NCBI GenBank assembly: GCA_002269645.1
Contig: NIVC01000169.1
Span: 1-64,000, forward strand
DNA: 64,000 nt
DNA from: Macrostomum lignano
Taxonomy: Eukaryota
Reading direction: 5' to 3'
Under the pieces are notes generated by a model. It saw nothing but the letters and a program-made list of their open reading frames with translations. It ran no database searches and had not been told where the DNA came from. Made by a program: the position numbers and the translations under genes. This document shows positions 11,701-23,808 of the stretch, piece by piece. Each line of letters opens with the position of its first letter. Position 1 is the stretch's first letter.

Positions 11701-14700
11701 GCTTGATCTCGTGACTGTTATGAGCTTGATCTCATGACTGTTATGAGCTTGATCTCATGATTGCTATGAGCTTGATCTCATGATTGTTATGAGCTTGATC
11801 TCATGATTGTTATGAGCTTGATCTCGTGACTGTTATGAGCTTGATCTCGTGACTGTTATGAACTTGATCTCATGATTGCTATGAGCTTGATCTCGTGATT
11901 GTTATGAGCTTGATCTCGTGATTGCTATGAGCTTGATCTCATGATTGCTATGAGCTTGATCTCATGACTGTTATGAGCTTGATCTCGTGACTGTTATGAG
12001 CTTGATCTCATGATTGCTATGAGCTTGATCTCGTGATTGTTATGAGCTTGATCTCATGATTGCTATGAGCTTGATCTCGTGACTGTTATGAGCTTGATCT
12101 CATGATTGTTATGAGCTTGATCTCATGATTGTTATGAGCTTGATCTCATGATTGTTATGAGCTTGATCTCGTGATTGTTATGAGCTTGATCTCATGATTG
12201 TTATGAGCTTGATCTCATGATTGTTATGAGCTTGATCTCATGATTGTTATGAGCTTGATCTCATGACTGTTATGAACTTGATCTCATGATTGTTATGAGC
12301 TTGATCTCGTGATTGTTATGAGCTTGATCTCGTGATTGCTATGAGCTTGATCTCATGATTGCTATGAGCTTGATCTCATGACTGTTATGAGCTTGATCTC
12401 ATGATTGTTATGAGCTTGATCTCATGATTGTTATGAGCTTGATCTCGTGATTGTTATGAGCTTGATCTCATGATTGCTATGAGCTTGATCTCATGATTGT
12501 TATGAGCTTGATCTCATGATTGTTATGAGCTTGATCTCATGATTGCTATGAGCTTGATTTCACTCTTCACATGAGCTTGATCTCATAATTGCTATGAGCT
12601 TGATTTCACTCTTCTCATGAGCTTGATCTCATAATTGTTATGAGCTTGATTTCACTCTTCTCATGAGCTTGATCTCATGATTGTTATGAGCTTGATCTCG
12701 TGACTGTTATGAGCTTGATCTCATGATTGTTATGAGCTTGATCTCGTGACTGTTATGAGCTTGATCTCATGATTCATATGAGCTTGATCTCATGATTGTT
12801 ATGAGCTTGATCTCGTGACTGTTATGAGCTTGATCTCATGATTGTTATGAGCTTGATCTCATGATTGTTATGAGCTTGATCTCGTGACTGTTATGAGCTT
12901 GATCTCATGATTGTTATGAGCTTGATCTCATGATTGTTATGAGCTTGATCTCGTGATTGTTATGAGCTTGATCTCGTGACTGTTATGAGCTTGATCTCAT
13001 GACTGTTATGAGCTTGATCTCATGATTGTTATGAGCTTGATCTCGTGACTGTTATGAACTTGATCTCATGATTGCTATGAGCTTGATCTCATGATTGCTA
13101 TGAGCTTGATCTCGTGATTGCTATGAGCTTGATCTCGTGATTGCTATGAGCTTGATCTCATGATTGTTATGAGCTTGATCTCATGATTGCTATGAGCTTG
13201 ATCTCATGATTGTTATGAGCTTGATCTCATGATTGCTATGAGCTTGATCTCATGATTGCTATAAGCTTGATCTCATGATTGCTATGAGCTTGATCTCATG
13301 ATTGCTATGAGCTTGATCTCATGATTGCTATGAGCTTGATTTCACTCTTCACATGAGCTTGATCTCATAATTGCTATGAGCTTGATTTCACTCTTCTCAT
13401 GAGCTTGATCTCATAATTGTTATGAGCTTGATTTCACTCTTCTCATGAGCTTGATCTCATGATTGTTATGAGCTTGATCTCATGATTGTTATGAGCTTGA
13501 TCTCATGATTGTTATGAGCTTGATCTCATGATTGTTATGAGCTTGATCTCATGACTGTTATGAGTTTGATCTCATGATTCCTATGAGCTTGATCTCATGA
13601 TTTTTATGAGCTTGATCACATTATTCTTATGAGCTTGATCTCATGATTGTTATGAGCTTGATCTCATGATTTTTTGAGCTTGATCTCATGATTCTTATGA
13701 GCTTGATCTCATGACTTTTATGAGCTTGATCTCATGATTTTTATGAGCTTGATCTCATGATTCTTATGAGCTTGATCTCATGACTTTTATGAGCTTGATC
13801 TCATGATTTGCCAGCAACTCACTCCTCCAGAAGCTGCAGCACCTCTGTCCATCCTCCTCCCCGCAGCAGTACACCTGGTCCTCCCGGCCCGGCTCGATCG
13901 GGCACACGAACAGGCCATAGACAGTTCGGTTCCGGTAGAGCCACGGCTCCACCACAGAGCTGTTGTGCTCAGCCGGCAGGTCGTCAATCACGTTGAAGCA
14001 GAGGGTGGCGCTGTCGGAGTAGTCAGAGTGGCGTCTCCGCCAGTGCCAGGAGGAGAAGAAGATGCCGCTGGTGTAGGCGCGCCTGTTCACGCGGTAGCTG
14101 ACATAGTTGGGGGAGGGGGTGTACAGGGGGTAGTCACGACTATATTTAGCTTTCAAAGATAACCTAATTTAGGACGGGAAACTTCGTTTCTTAGAAAGTC
14201 ATGAATGTTGGTTCTAAGCGTCCTTTCCGTGACTGGCCATTTTTATTGTTTCATTAAAGTGAAATTCAAATACTTTTCAAGAAACTATAATTGTCACGTC
14301 CTTTGCTTTTACGAGTACACAGGCCATCCTGCGTTACAGGTGTTTAAGATTCGAACTCACGAGAATCGTTTGCTGACCAGTAGAGACATAGTGCTGTAGC
14401 CACTGCCTCTAGAAGAGCCATAGCGACCGCTGCTCCTACTGCCGCTGTACCTACTGCTGTACCTGCCGCCGCTGAACCTGCCACCGCCTCTGGCACCTGA
14501 GCTGCTACCGGCTGCGTGTGATCGAGGAGAGGCGATTTTAATCATGACAATCTACCTGACTCACTGCATGACAATCTACCTGACTGACTGCATGACAATC
14601 TACCTGACTCACTGCATGACAATCTACCTGACTCACTGCATGACAATCTACCTGACTCACTGCATGACAATCTACCTGACTCACTGCATGACAATCTACC

Positions 14701-15637
14701 TGACTCACTGCATGACAATCTACCTGACTCACTGCATGACAATCTACCTGACTCACTGCATGACAATCTACCTGACTCACTGCATGACAATCTACCTGAC
14801 TCACTGCATGACAATCTACCTGACTCACTGCATGACAATCTACCTGACTCACTGCATGACAATCTACCTGACTCACTGCATGACAATCTACCTGACTCAC
14901 TGCATGACAATCTACCTGACTCACTGCATGACAATCTACCTGACTCACTGCATGACAATCTACCTGACTCACTGCATGACAATCTACCTGACTCACTGCA
15001 TGACAATCTACCTGACTCACTGCATGACAATCTACCTGACTCACTGCATGACAATCTACCTGACTCACTGCATGACAATCTACCTGACTCACTGCATGAC
15101 AATCTACCTGACTCACTGCATGACAATCTACCTGACTCACTGCATGACAATCTACCTGACTCACTGCATGACAATCTACCTGACTCACTGCATGACAATC
15201 TACCTGACTCACTGCATGACAATCTACCTGACTCACTGCATGACAATCTACCTGACTCACTGCATGACAATCTACCTGACTCACTGCATGACAATCTACC
15301 TGACTCACTGCATGACAATCTACCTGACTCACTGCATGACAATCTACCTGACTCACTGCATGACAATCCACCTGACTCACTGCATGACAATCTACCTGAC
15401 CCACTGCATGACAATCTACCTGACACACTGCATGACAATCTACCTGACTCACTGCATGACAATCTATACCTGACCCACTGCATGACAATCTACCTGAAAC
15501 TGCATATCTATCTACCTGATACTGTACTACAATTCTGTGCACATTAAAGAACCTGGAACAACAGCAGCAACTGGAATCTTACCGATAGCCAGCAGAAGAA
15601 TGAGGACAATAAGACAGTTGATAAGCTCCAGTTTCAT
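8765..15637 (-). CDS. Shisa-like single-pass membrane protein, copy A. Exons 15637-15583, 14511-14361, 14097-13823, 9843-9739, 9038-8765
   Basis: Signal peptide MKLELINCLIVLILLLAIA; Gly/Ser/Arg-rich exon; C*C*CC*CC domain (TLCF...VCP...YCCG...RCCSFW); TM segment VIGLCVGVVLGCCVCVYIA; tail with PPPY and PPAYW. As assembled, exon 3 is 1 nt short of keeping phase. Confidence 0.75.
9915..13805 (+). repeat. 23-bp minisatellite, ~3.9 kb, Shisa-like A intron 3
   Basis: Unit ttatgagcttgatctcatgattg. Confidence 0.97.
14543..15500 (+). repeat. 24-bp highly homogeneous minisatellite, Shisa-like A intron 1
   Basis: Unit catgacaatctacctgactcactg, about 39 copies. Confidence 0.97.
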
Positions 15638-16329
15638 GTTTTACGATCAGCAAACAATCTTTGCCACACTGCAATCTTCAGCTTTGCTGAACTCTAAAAA
15701 GGAACAAAAATGTTCTTCGCTCAACTACTTGTATGGGACACCTCCCTGCCCTCTCCAGCACTTCTATAGCGGAGAAGGGGCAGAATCGATAATGGCTGCT
15801 CTGTCCCCGGGGGTGAGAGTTATAGAGGTGTTGCCATGACAACGGAGTCGCCCTCCCCTCTCACTGCACTCTCGTCCTCCCGGTTTCTCTCCCACGTCTC
15901 ACTCGCTGTCCTTCCCTGTTCCCCAAAATAAAATGGGAGTACAAAAACGCGAAATAATACATTTACAAAAGACTTAACGCTTTAACGAACATTATATTTT
16001 TATTTCGTTGGATTTAATCTACCTTACTAAAAGATATGGTTTCTTTTCACAGAGACAGCGCTATGCAAATGCTGTTAAGCCAAAGGGAGAAGAAAATTTG
16101 TTTTTTGATTTGAGCGATAAGACACGGCTGGAAAGGGAAGGAGTTTTAAAATAAAGCACAAAAATTAGCGTACGACTGAATATTTGTAAAATACAAAAGC
16201 GATACACGAGGCTAAATTATATATTCGAGCCTGATGCTGCTGCAACTTGACTCTCAAACTATAGTTCAGATCACCGAGGATCGTTGGGGACCTCTGAGGA
16301 TTATTAGGGATCTCTATGAAATTACTTTG

Positions 16330-19260
16330 AGAATCTCTGAAGATCTTTGAGAATCTCTGAAGATCTCTGAGGATCTCTGAAGATCTCTGAGGATCTCTGA
16401 AGATCTCTGAGGATCTCTGAAGATCTCTGAGGATCTCTGAAGATCTATGGGAATCTTTGAGGATCTCTGAGGATCTCATATATTTCTAGAGATATCTCTA
16501 AGGATCCCTATGGATCTATGGCGATCTCATATATTTCTAGAGATATCTAAGGATCGCTAGAGATCTCTGACGATCTCAAACATTTCTAGAGATATCTAAG
16601 GATCGCTAGAGATCTCTGGGGATTTTTGGTGGGTCTCTAGGTATCCCTGGGGATCTCAAATATTTCTAGAGATATCTAAGGACCGCTAGGGATCTCTGGC
16701 GTTCTCAAATATTTCTAGAGATATCTAAGGATCGCTAGAGATCTCTGGGGATTTTTGGTGGGTCTCTAGGTATCCCTGGGGATCTCAAATATTTCTAGAG
16801 ATAACTAAGGATCGCTAGGGATGTCTGGCGATCTCGAATATTTCTGGGGATATCTAAGGATCGCTAGAGATCTCTGGGGATTTTTTGGGGGTCTCTAGGT
16901 ATCTCTGGGGATCTCAAATATTTCTAGCGATATCTAAGGATCGCTAGGGATGTCTGGCGATCTCGAATATTTCTGGGGATATCTAAGGATCGCTAGAGAT
17001 CTCTGGGGATTTTTTGGGGGTCTCTAGGTATCTCTGGGGATCTCAAATATTTCTAGCGATATCTAAGGATCGCTAGGGATGTCTGGCGATCTCGAATATT
17101 TCTGGGGATATCTAAGGATCGCTAGAGATCTCTGGGGATTTTTTGGGGGTCTCTAGGTATCTCTGGGGATCTCAAATATTTCTAGCGATATCTAAGGATC
17201 GCTAGGGATGTCTGGCGATCTCGAATATTTCTGGGGATATCTAAGGATCGCTAGAGATCTCTGGGGATTTTTTGGGGGTCTCTAGGTATCTCTGGGGATC
17301 TCAAATATTTCTAGCGATATCTAAGGATCGCTAGGGATGTCTGGCGATCTCGAATATTTCTGGGGATATCTAAGGATCGCTAGAGATCTCTGGGGATTTT
17401 TTGGGGGTCTCTAGGTATCTCTGGGGATCTCAAATATTTCTAGCGATATCTAAGAATCGCTAGGGATGTCTGGCGATCTCAAATATTTCTGGGGATATCT
17501 AAGGATCACTAGAGATCTCTGGCGATCTCAAACATTTCTAGAGATATCTAAGGATCGCTAGAGATCTCTGGGGATTTTTGGTGGGTCTCTAGGTATCCCT
17601 GGGGATCTCAAATATTTCTAGCGATATCTAAGGATCGCTAGGGATGTCTGGCGATCTCGAATATTTCTGGGGATATCTAAGGATCGCTAGAGATCTCTGG
17701 GGATTTTTTGGGGGTCTCTAGGTATCTCTGGGGATCTCAAATATTTCTAGCGATATCTAAGGATCGCTAGGGATGTCTGGCGATCTCGAATATTTCTGGG
17801 GATATCTAAGGATCGCTAGAGATCTCTGGGGATTTTTTGGGGGTCTCTAGGTATCTCTGGGGATCTCAAATATTTCTAGCGATATCTAAGGATCGCTAGG
17901 GATGTCTGGCGATCTCGAATATTTCTGGGGATATCTAAGGATCGCTAGAGATCTCTGGGGATTTTTTGGGGGTCTCTAGGTATCTCTGGGGATCTCAAAT
18001 ATTTCTAGCGATATCTAAGGATCGCTAGGGATGTCTGGCGATCTCGAATATTTCTGGGGATATCTAAGGATCGCTAGAGATCTCTGGGGATTTTTTGGGG
18101 GTCTCTAGGTATCTCTGGGGATCTCAAATATTTCTAGCGATATCTAAGGATCGCTAGGGATGTCTGGCGATCTCGAATATTTCTGGGGATATCTAAGGAT
18201 CGCTAGAGATCTCTGGGGATTTTTTGGGGGTCTCTAGGTATCTCTGGGGATCTCAAATATTTCTAGCGATATCTAAGGATCGCTAGGGATGTCTGGCGAT
18301 CTCGAATATTTCTGGGGATATCTAAGGATCGCTAGAGATCTCTGGGGATTTTTTGGGGGTCTCTAGGTATCTCTGGGGATCTCAAATATTTCTAGCGATA
18401 TCTAAGGATCGCTAGGGATGTCTGGCGATCTCGAATATTTCTGGGGATATCTAAGGATCGCTAGAGATCTCTGGGGATTTTTTGGGGGTCTCTAGGTATC
18501 TCTGGGGATCTCAAATATTTCTAGCGATATCTAAGAATCGCTAGGGATGTCTGGCGATCTCAAATATTTCTGGGGATATCTAAGGATCACTAGAGATCTC
18601 TGGCGATCTCAAATATTTCTAGAGACATCTAAGGATTGCTAGGGATGTTTGGCGATCTCAAATATTTCTGGGGATATCTAAGGATCGCTAGAGATCTCTG
18701 GCGATCTCATGTATTTCTAGGGATATCTAAGCATCGGTAGGGATCTCTGGGGATTTTTTGGGGGTCTCTAGGTATCTCTGGGGATCTCAAATATTTCTAG
18801 AGATATCTAAGGATCGCTAGGGATCTCTGGCGATCTCATATTTTTAGAGATAACTAAGGATCGCTAGGGATGTCTGGCGATCTCAAATATTTCTGGGGAT
18901 ATCTAAGGATCGCTAGAGATCTCTGGCGATCTCAAACATTTCTAGAGATATCTAAGGATCGCTAGAGATCTCTGGCGATCTCATATATTTCTAGGGATAT
19001 CTAAGTATCGCTAGGGATCTCTGGGGATTTTTTGGGGGTCTCTAAGTATCTCTGGGGATCTCAAATATTTCTAGAGATATCTAAGGATCGCTAGGGATCT
19101 CTGGCGATCTCATATTTCTAGAGATAACTAAGGATCGCTAAGGTCTCTGGCGATCTCATATATTTCTAGGGATATCTAAGCATCGGTAGGGATCTCTGGG
19201 GATTTTTTGGGGGTCTCTAGGGATCTCTGGGGATCTCAAATATTTCTAGGGATATCTAAA
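16330..19260 (+). repeat. Intergenic satellite: 10-bp gatctctga-type repeats grading into a 129-bp higher-order repeat
   Basis: tcgctagagatctctgggg recurs at 16861 and 16990. The unit is an 80-bp plus a 49-bp related subunit. Confidence 0.92.
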
Positions 19261-19444
19261 GATCTCGAGAATATTTGGGTAACTCTGAGAATCTCTGAGA
19301 GGATCTCTGAGAATATTTTAGCAAAATGACATAAGGATTTCTGCTGACTAGAGTGTTCCAGAGAAATCAAATCCTTGAGAATCCAAAAACCCTGCCCGAG
19401 TCCCTGAAGATCCTGTCAAGTCGCTCAGCTCATTGCTGAGCGCC

Positions 19445-22253
19445 TTATCTCCGACTAACCGCCCAGTACGGAGGCGGCGGCGTGTCGGGTTGTTGCGGAT
19501 AATCGACATCCATCTGCTGGCGCCGCTGCCTCTCGTCCCACATCTCCTCTAGCACTGTGTCGTATCTTGGCGGAGATTCTGGTTTGTCATCTTGAGCTGC
19601 TTCTGGTGCTGCTGCTGTAGACGATGATGATGAGGCTGCTGCTGCTGCACCAGCTTCAGCTGCAGCCGCTGGTTGCTCCGCTGTGGCACCTGGATTGCCT
19701 CCAGCATCTGCCGAATGCTCTTCGACTTGGTTTCTGCGCGAAGAAGATGATTATTTATGACACATGCATGAGGTACGAGTAGTATGGATCATTCCTGTCT
19801 CTAAATTCTGTCACAAAGTTAAATCTAAAAAATATTTCCCTGAAAATGATGCTTTTAGAAGCTCTTAACTTCAAACTTCTTGTACATGTACTAACCAACT
19901 TCCAAAAGCTTAAAAGATGCCTAACTTCATATTCCTCCAAGTTTAACATTCTCCAAGTTAAACATTCTCCAAGGTAAACATTCTTCAGGCTAAACATTCT
20001 CCAAGGTAAACATTCCCCAAGCTAAACATTCCCCAAGTTAAACATTCCCCTAGCTATAAACATTTCCCAACTTCATACTTCACTATCAAGTTTTAAAATA
20101 TCCCAAAAATTTGGTCAGTTTACAACCAAGGACCACTAGGAACTCTTCGATGTAGTCTAGTCTGTCTAGTCTAGTAGTCCTTGGTTGGAAATTTTACGAA
20201 CCTTCTGACGCCGCGGGACCTGACGCAGGCCTGCCAAAGGCGGATCGAAGCCACGAAACCGGAGGCCAGACAGCACACCAAGCCGAAGGTTGCAGAAGCG
20301 ACCCGGGACGCGCTGGGTGGTTGGGTGGAGTCAAGTGTGAGTCAAGTGTGAGTCAAATGTGAGTCAACTATGAGTCAAATGTGAGGAAACTGTGAGTCAA
20401 CTATGAATCTGGTGTGAGTCAAATGTCAGTCAACTATGAATCAAGTGTGAGTCAACTATGAGTTAAGTGTGAGTCAATGTGAGTCAAGTGTAAGTCAAGT
20501 GTGAGTCAACTATGAATCAAGTGTGAGTCAAGTGTGAATCAAATGTGGGTCAACTGTGAGTCAACTATGAGTCAACTATGATTCAGATATGAGTTTAGTC
20601 TAGTGTAAGATAGCTCTGAACTCACTCCTCCCAGAAGCTGCAGCACCTCTGTCCATCCTCCTCCCCGCAGCAGTACACCCGGTCCTCCCGGCCCGGCTCG
20701 ATCGGGCAGACGAACAGGCCATAGACAGTACGGGGGTTCGATTCCGTGCGCAACCACAAACAGTTGGCCAGGCGGTTGTAATGCAATTCGCAACCATGAG
20801 GGCCAGCCCCCAAGGCACAGAGAGTGTACATGCCTGACGATTAGAAAGTCAGGGCTGCTGTAAACCCTGTGTGAGCGTGTGTATGAGTGCTGTGCCTGCG
20901 TACAGCATTGGCGCGCTTGTATGCTCAGGAGTCAGCGGAATGGCGGTATGAGTGCTTGTCTTCTAGCTGGCCCCAGTCCCCACTAATCCAAGGTCATCAA
21001 GCACCCAATGAAGTTCACTCACGGAAATTTGCTACTAACAAACACAGACACACTTCCGGAGCTACGGAAACTGGAGCGGCTGCTCCGACTGCCGGTTGAG
21101 CTCTTGCCAATCGCGGGGCAAAGCATCAGCTCTGCGTGAGTTGCGTGGATGCTTGGGCTGAGTTTTTCTGAGTCCATGATAGATGGAATTTCGGGTTAAG
21201 GAAAAAGGAGAGAATAAGGAGAGTGAGAGAGATGAGAGATAGAGAGAGGAGAGAAGGAGAGAAGGAGACAGGGAGAGAGGAAGAGAGAGGAGGGAGGGAG
21301 AGAGGATAGATAGAGGAGAGTTAGAGGAGAGAGTAGAGAGGGAGAGAGAGGAGAGAGAGAAGAGATAGAGAGGAGAGAGAGGAGGGAGGAGATAGGGAGA
21401 AAGGGAGAGAGAGGAGAGAGAAGAGAGAGGATAGAAGAGAGAGGGAGAGAGAGAGGAGAGAGAAGAGAGAGGATAGAAGAGAGAGGGAGAGAGAGAGGAG
21501 AGAGAAGAGAGAGGATAGAAGAGAGAGGGAGAGAGAGGAGAGAGAAGAGAGAGGGAGAGAGAAGAGAGAGAAGAGAGAGGGAGAGAGAGGAGAGAGAAGA
21601 GAGAGGATAGAAGAGAGAGGACAGAAGAGAGAGGGAGAAAGAGGAGAGAGAAGAGAGAGGACAGAAGAGAGAGGATAGAAGAGAGAGAAGAGAGAGGATA
21701 GAAGAGAGAGAAGAGAGGATAGAAGAGAGAGGATAGAAGAGAGAGAAGAGAGAGGATAGAAGAGAGAGAAGAGAGAGGACAGAAGAGAGAGGATAGAAGA
21801 GAGAGAAGAGAGAGGATAGAAGAGAGAGAAGAGATATGATAGAAGAGAGAGGGAGAGAGAGAAGAGAGAAGAGAGAGGACAGAAGAGAGAGGATAGAAGA
21901 GAGAGAAGAGAGAGGATAGAAGAGAGAGAAGAGAGAGGATAGAAGAGAGAGAAGAGAGAGGATAGAAGAGAGAGAAGAGAGAGGATAGAAGAGAGAGAAG
22001 AGAGAGGATAGAAGAGAGAGAAGAGAGAGGATAGAAGAGAGAGAAGAGAGAGGATAGAAGAGAGAGGATAGAAGAGAGAGGATAGAAGAGAGAGGATAGA
22101 AGAGAGAGAAGAGAGAGGATAGAAGAGAGAGGACAGAAGAGAGAGGGAGATGCAGATACACGGTAGAAGGCAAATATATCAAGCGATCTTACCAGCAGTG
22201 ATAGCGATGCAGAGTGCCCAACTCACAGCAGAGATATTTCTGTTGCAAAGCAT
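19445..22253 (-). CDS. Shisa-like single-pass membrane protein, copy B, possibly a pseudogene. Exons 22253-22193, 21131-21023, ~20895-20626, 20312-20202, 19733-19445
   Basis: Same exon phases as copies A and C. Signal peptide MLCNRNISAVSWALCIAITA; Ser/Arg-rich exon ending VSSKFP; VCPIEPGREDRVYCCGEEDGQRCCSFWE; TM VASATFGLVCCLASGFVASI; tail with PPRY and PPPYW. Exon 3 cannot be read through without one lesion. Confidence 0.65.
20335..20585 (+). repeat. ~10-bp degenerate repeat (tgtgagtcaa), Shisa-like B intron
   Basis: Direct reading of the sequence. Confidence 0.85.
21200..22150 (+). repeat. Polypurine (GA-rich) repeat tract, Shisa-like B intron 1
   Basis: gagagaagagagaggatagaa-type units; almost purely A/G. 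Confidence 0.92.
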
Positions 22254-22599
22254 TGCAACTCCTTAGAAGAGAACCAAGGTATTCCCAGCCACAGGAGAGA
22301 GGGTGCGTGTTGATTACTAGAAGCATGCTTTAATCCACTGAAAGGTGGGGGTCAAATGCTTCTCTCTCTTGTCGTCATGGTAGCCGTTTTTTCACTTGGT
22401 TCAGAGCACAATCCAGGAGAGAATGGGAGGCCTGTACATTCTTAGTGAATGCCCTGTGCGTACAGCAGTGTACATTCTCGTAAGTGCGTAAAAGCAGCTT
22501 TTGAAAAGTGAATTGAGACGGGAAGGGGCTGGGATAGAGGGGTGAGATTGAGGGAGACAGTAGGGAGAAGCTGATTAGTAGTAGATAAGGCGAGGTGAG

Positions 22600-23030
22600 T
22601 TCAGATGAGACAATATGAGAGAGTAGATGAGAAAAGGTGAGAGAGTAGATGAGAAAAGGTGGGAGAGTAGATGAGACAGGGTGATGTCAGATGAGACGGG
22701 GGTGTGAGAGAGCAGATGAGATAGGATGAGAGAATGTAGAAAACGGGGTGAAAGATTAGCTGAGACAAAGTGAGAGAATAGACGAGACTGAGTGAGATCA
22801 GATAAGATAAAGGGAGATCAAATGAGATAAGGTGGGATCAGAATAGACAAAGTGAGATCAGATGAGATAGGGTGAGATCAGATGAGATCAGGTGGGATCA
22901 GATGAGATAAGGTGGGATCAGATGAGATAGGGTGAGATCAGATGAGATAGGGTGAGATCAGATGAGATAGGGTGAGATCAGATGAGATAGGGTGAGATCA
23001 GATGAGATAGGGTGAGATCAGATGAGACAG
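22600..23030 (+). repeat. 20-bp repeat gatgagatagggtgagatca
   Basis: Direct reading of the sequence. Confidence 0.85.
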
Positions 23031-23299
23031 GAGTGTGTGAGAATGATATTAAGCAAGTTAAGTAGGTCTCGTGGCAAGCTAAGAGTAGGTCAGACTTTTA
23101 TCAGAATTTTTTTATTTTAAACGCGATTTTGCGATCAAAATGGTCTATGCGATCAAAACAAACAAAGAATGTTATTGATACGGAAAAGGTCACTTGCAGC
23201 TTTCATGTAGGTCCGTAGAAATTTAATTTATTTGATAAATAAACAAGCAAAAAATAACATGGGTTCAAATGATCAGCTTTAACCTTATTAGTTTTTCCC

Positions 23300-23720
23300 A
23301 ATCCTCAGGTGCGTCATCTTCTCAATCCTCAGGTGGGTCATCTTCTCAATCCTCAGGTGGGTCATCTTCTCAATCCTCAGGTGGGTCATCTTCTCAATCC
23401 TCAGATGGGTAATCTTCTCAATCCTCAGGTGGGTCATCTTCTCAATCCTTCGGTGGGTCATCTTCTCAATCCTCAGGTGGGTCATCTTCTCAATCCTCAG
23501 GTGGGTCATCTCCCAATCCTCAGATGGGTCATCTCCCAATCCTCAGGTGGGTCATCTTCTCAATCCTCAGGTGGGTCATCTCTCATCCTCAGGTGGGTCA
23601 TCTTCTCAATCCTTCGGTGGGTCATCTTCTCAATCCTCAGATGGGTCATCTTCTCAATCCTCAGGTGGGTCATCTTCTCAATCCTCAGGTGGGTCATCTT
23701 CTCAATCCTTCGGTGGGTCA
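23300..23720 (+). repeat. 24-bp minisatellite tcttctcaatcctcaggtgggtca, just downstream of Shisa-like C
   Basis: Direct reading of the sequence. Confidence 0.9.
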
Positions 23721-23808
23721 TCTCCCTCTCCAATACTCAGGTAGGTCACTTCAAACTCTTCAGATCGGTCATCTTCCCAATCCTCAAATGCGATCAATTC
23801 GGCCGTTG

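Noticed and set aside
14538-15542. 300+ aa ORFs in several frames
   Set aside because: They are translations of a stop-free 24-bp intronic repeat lying between two in-phase exons.
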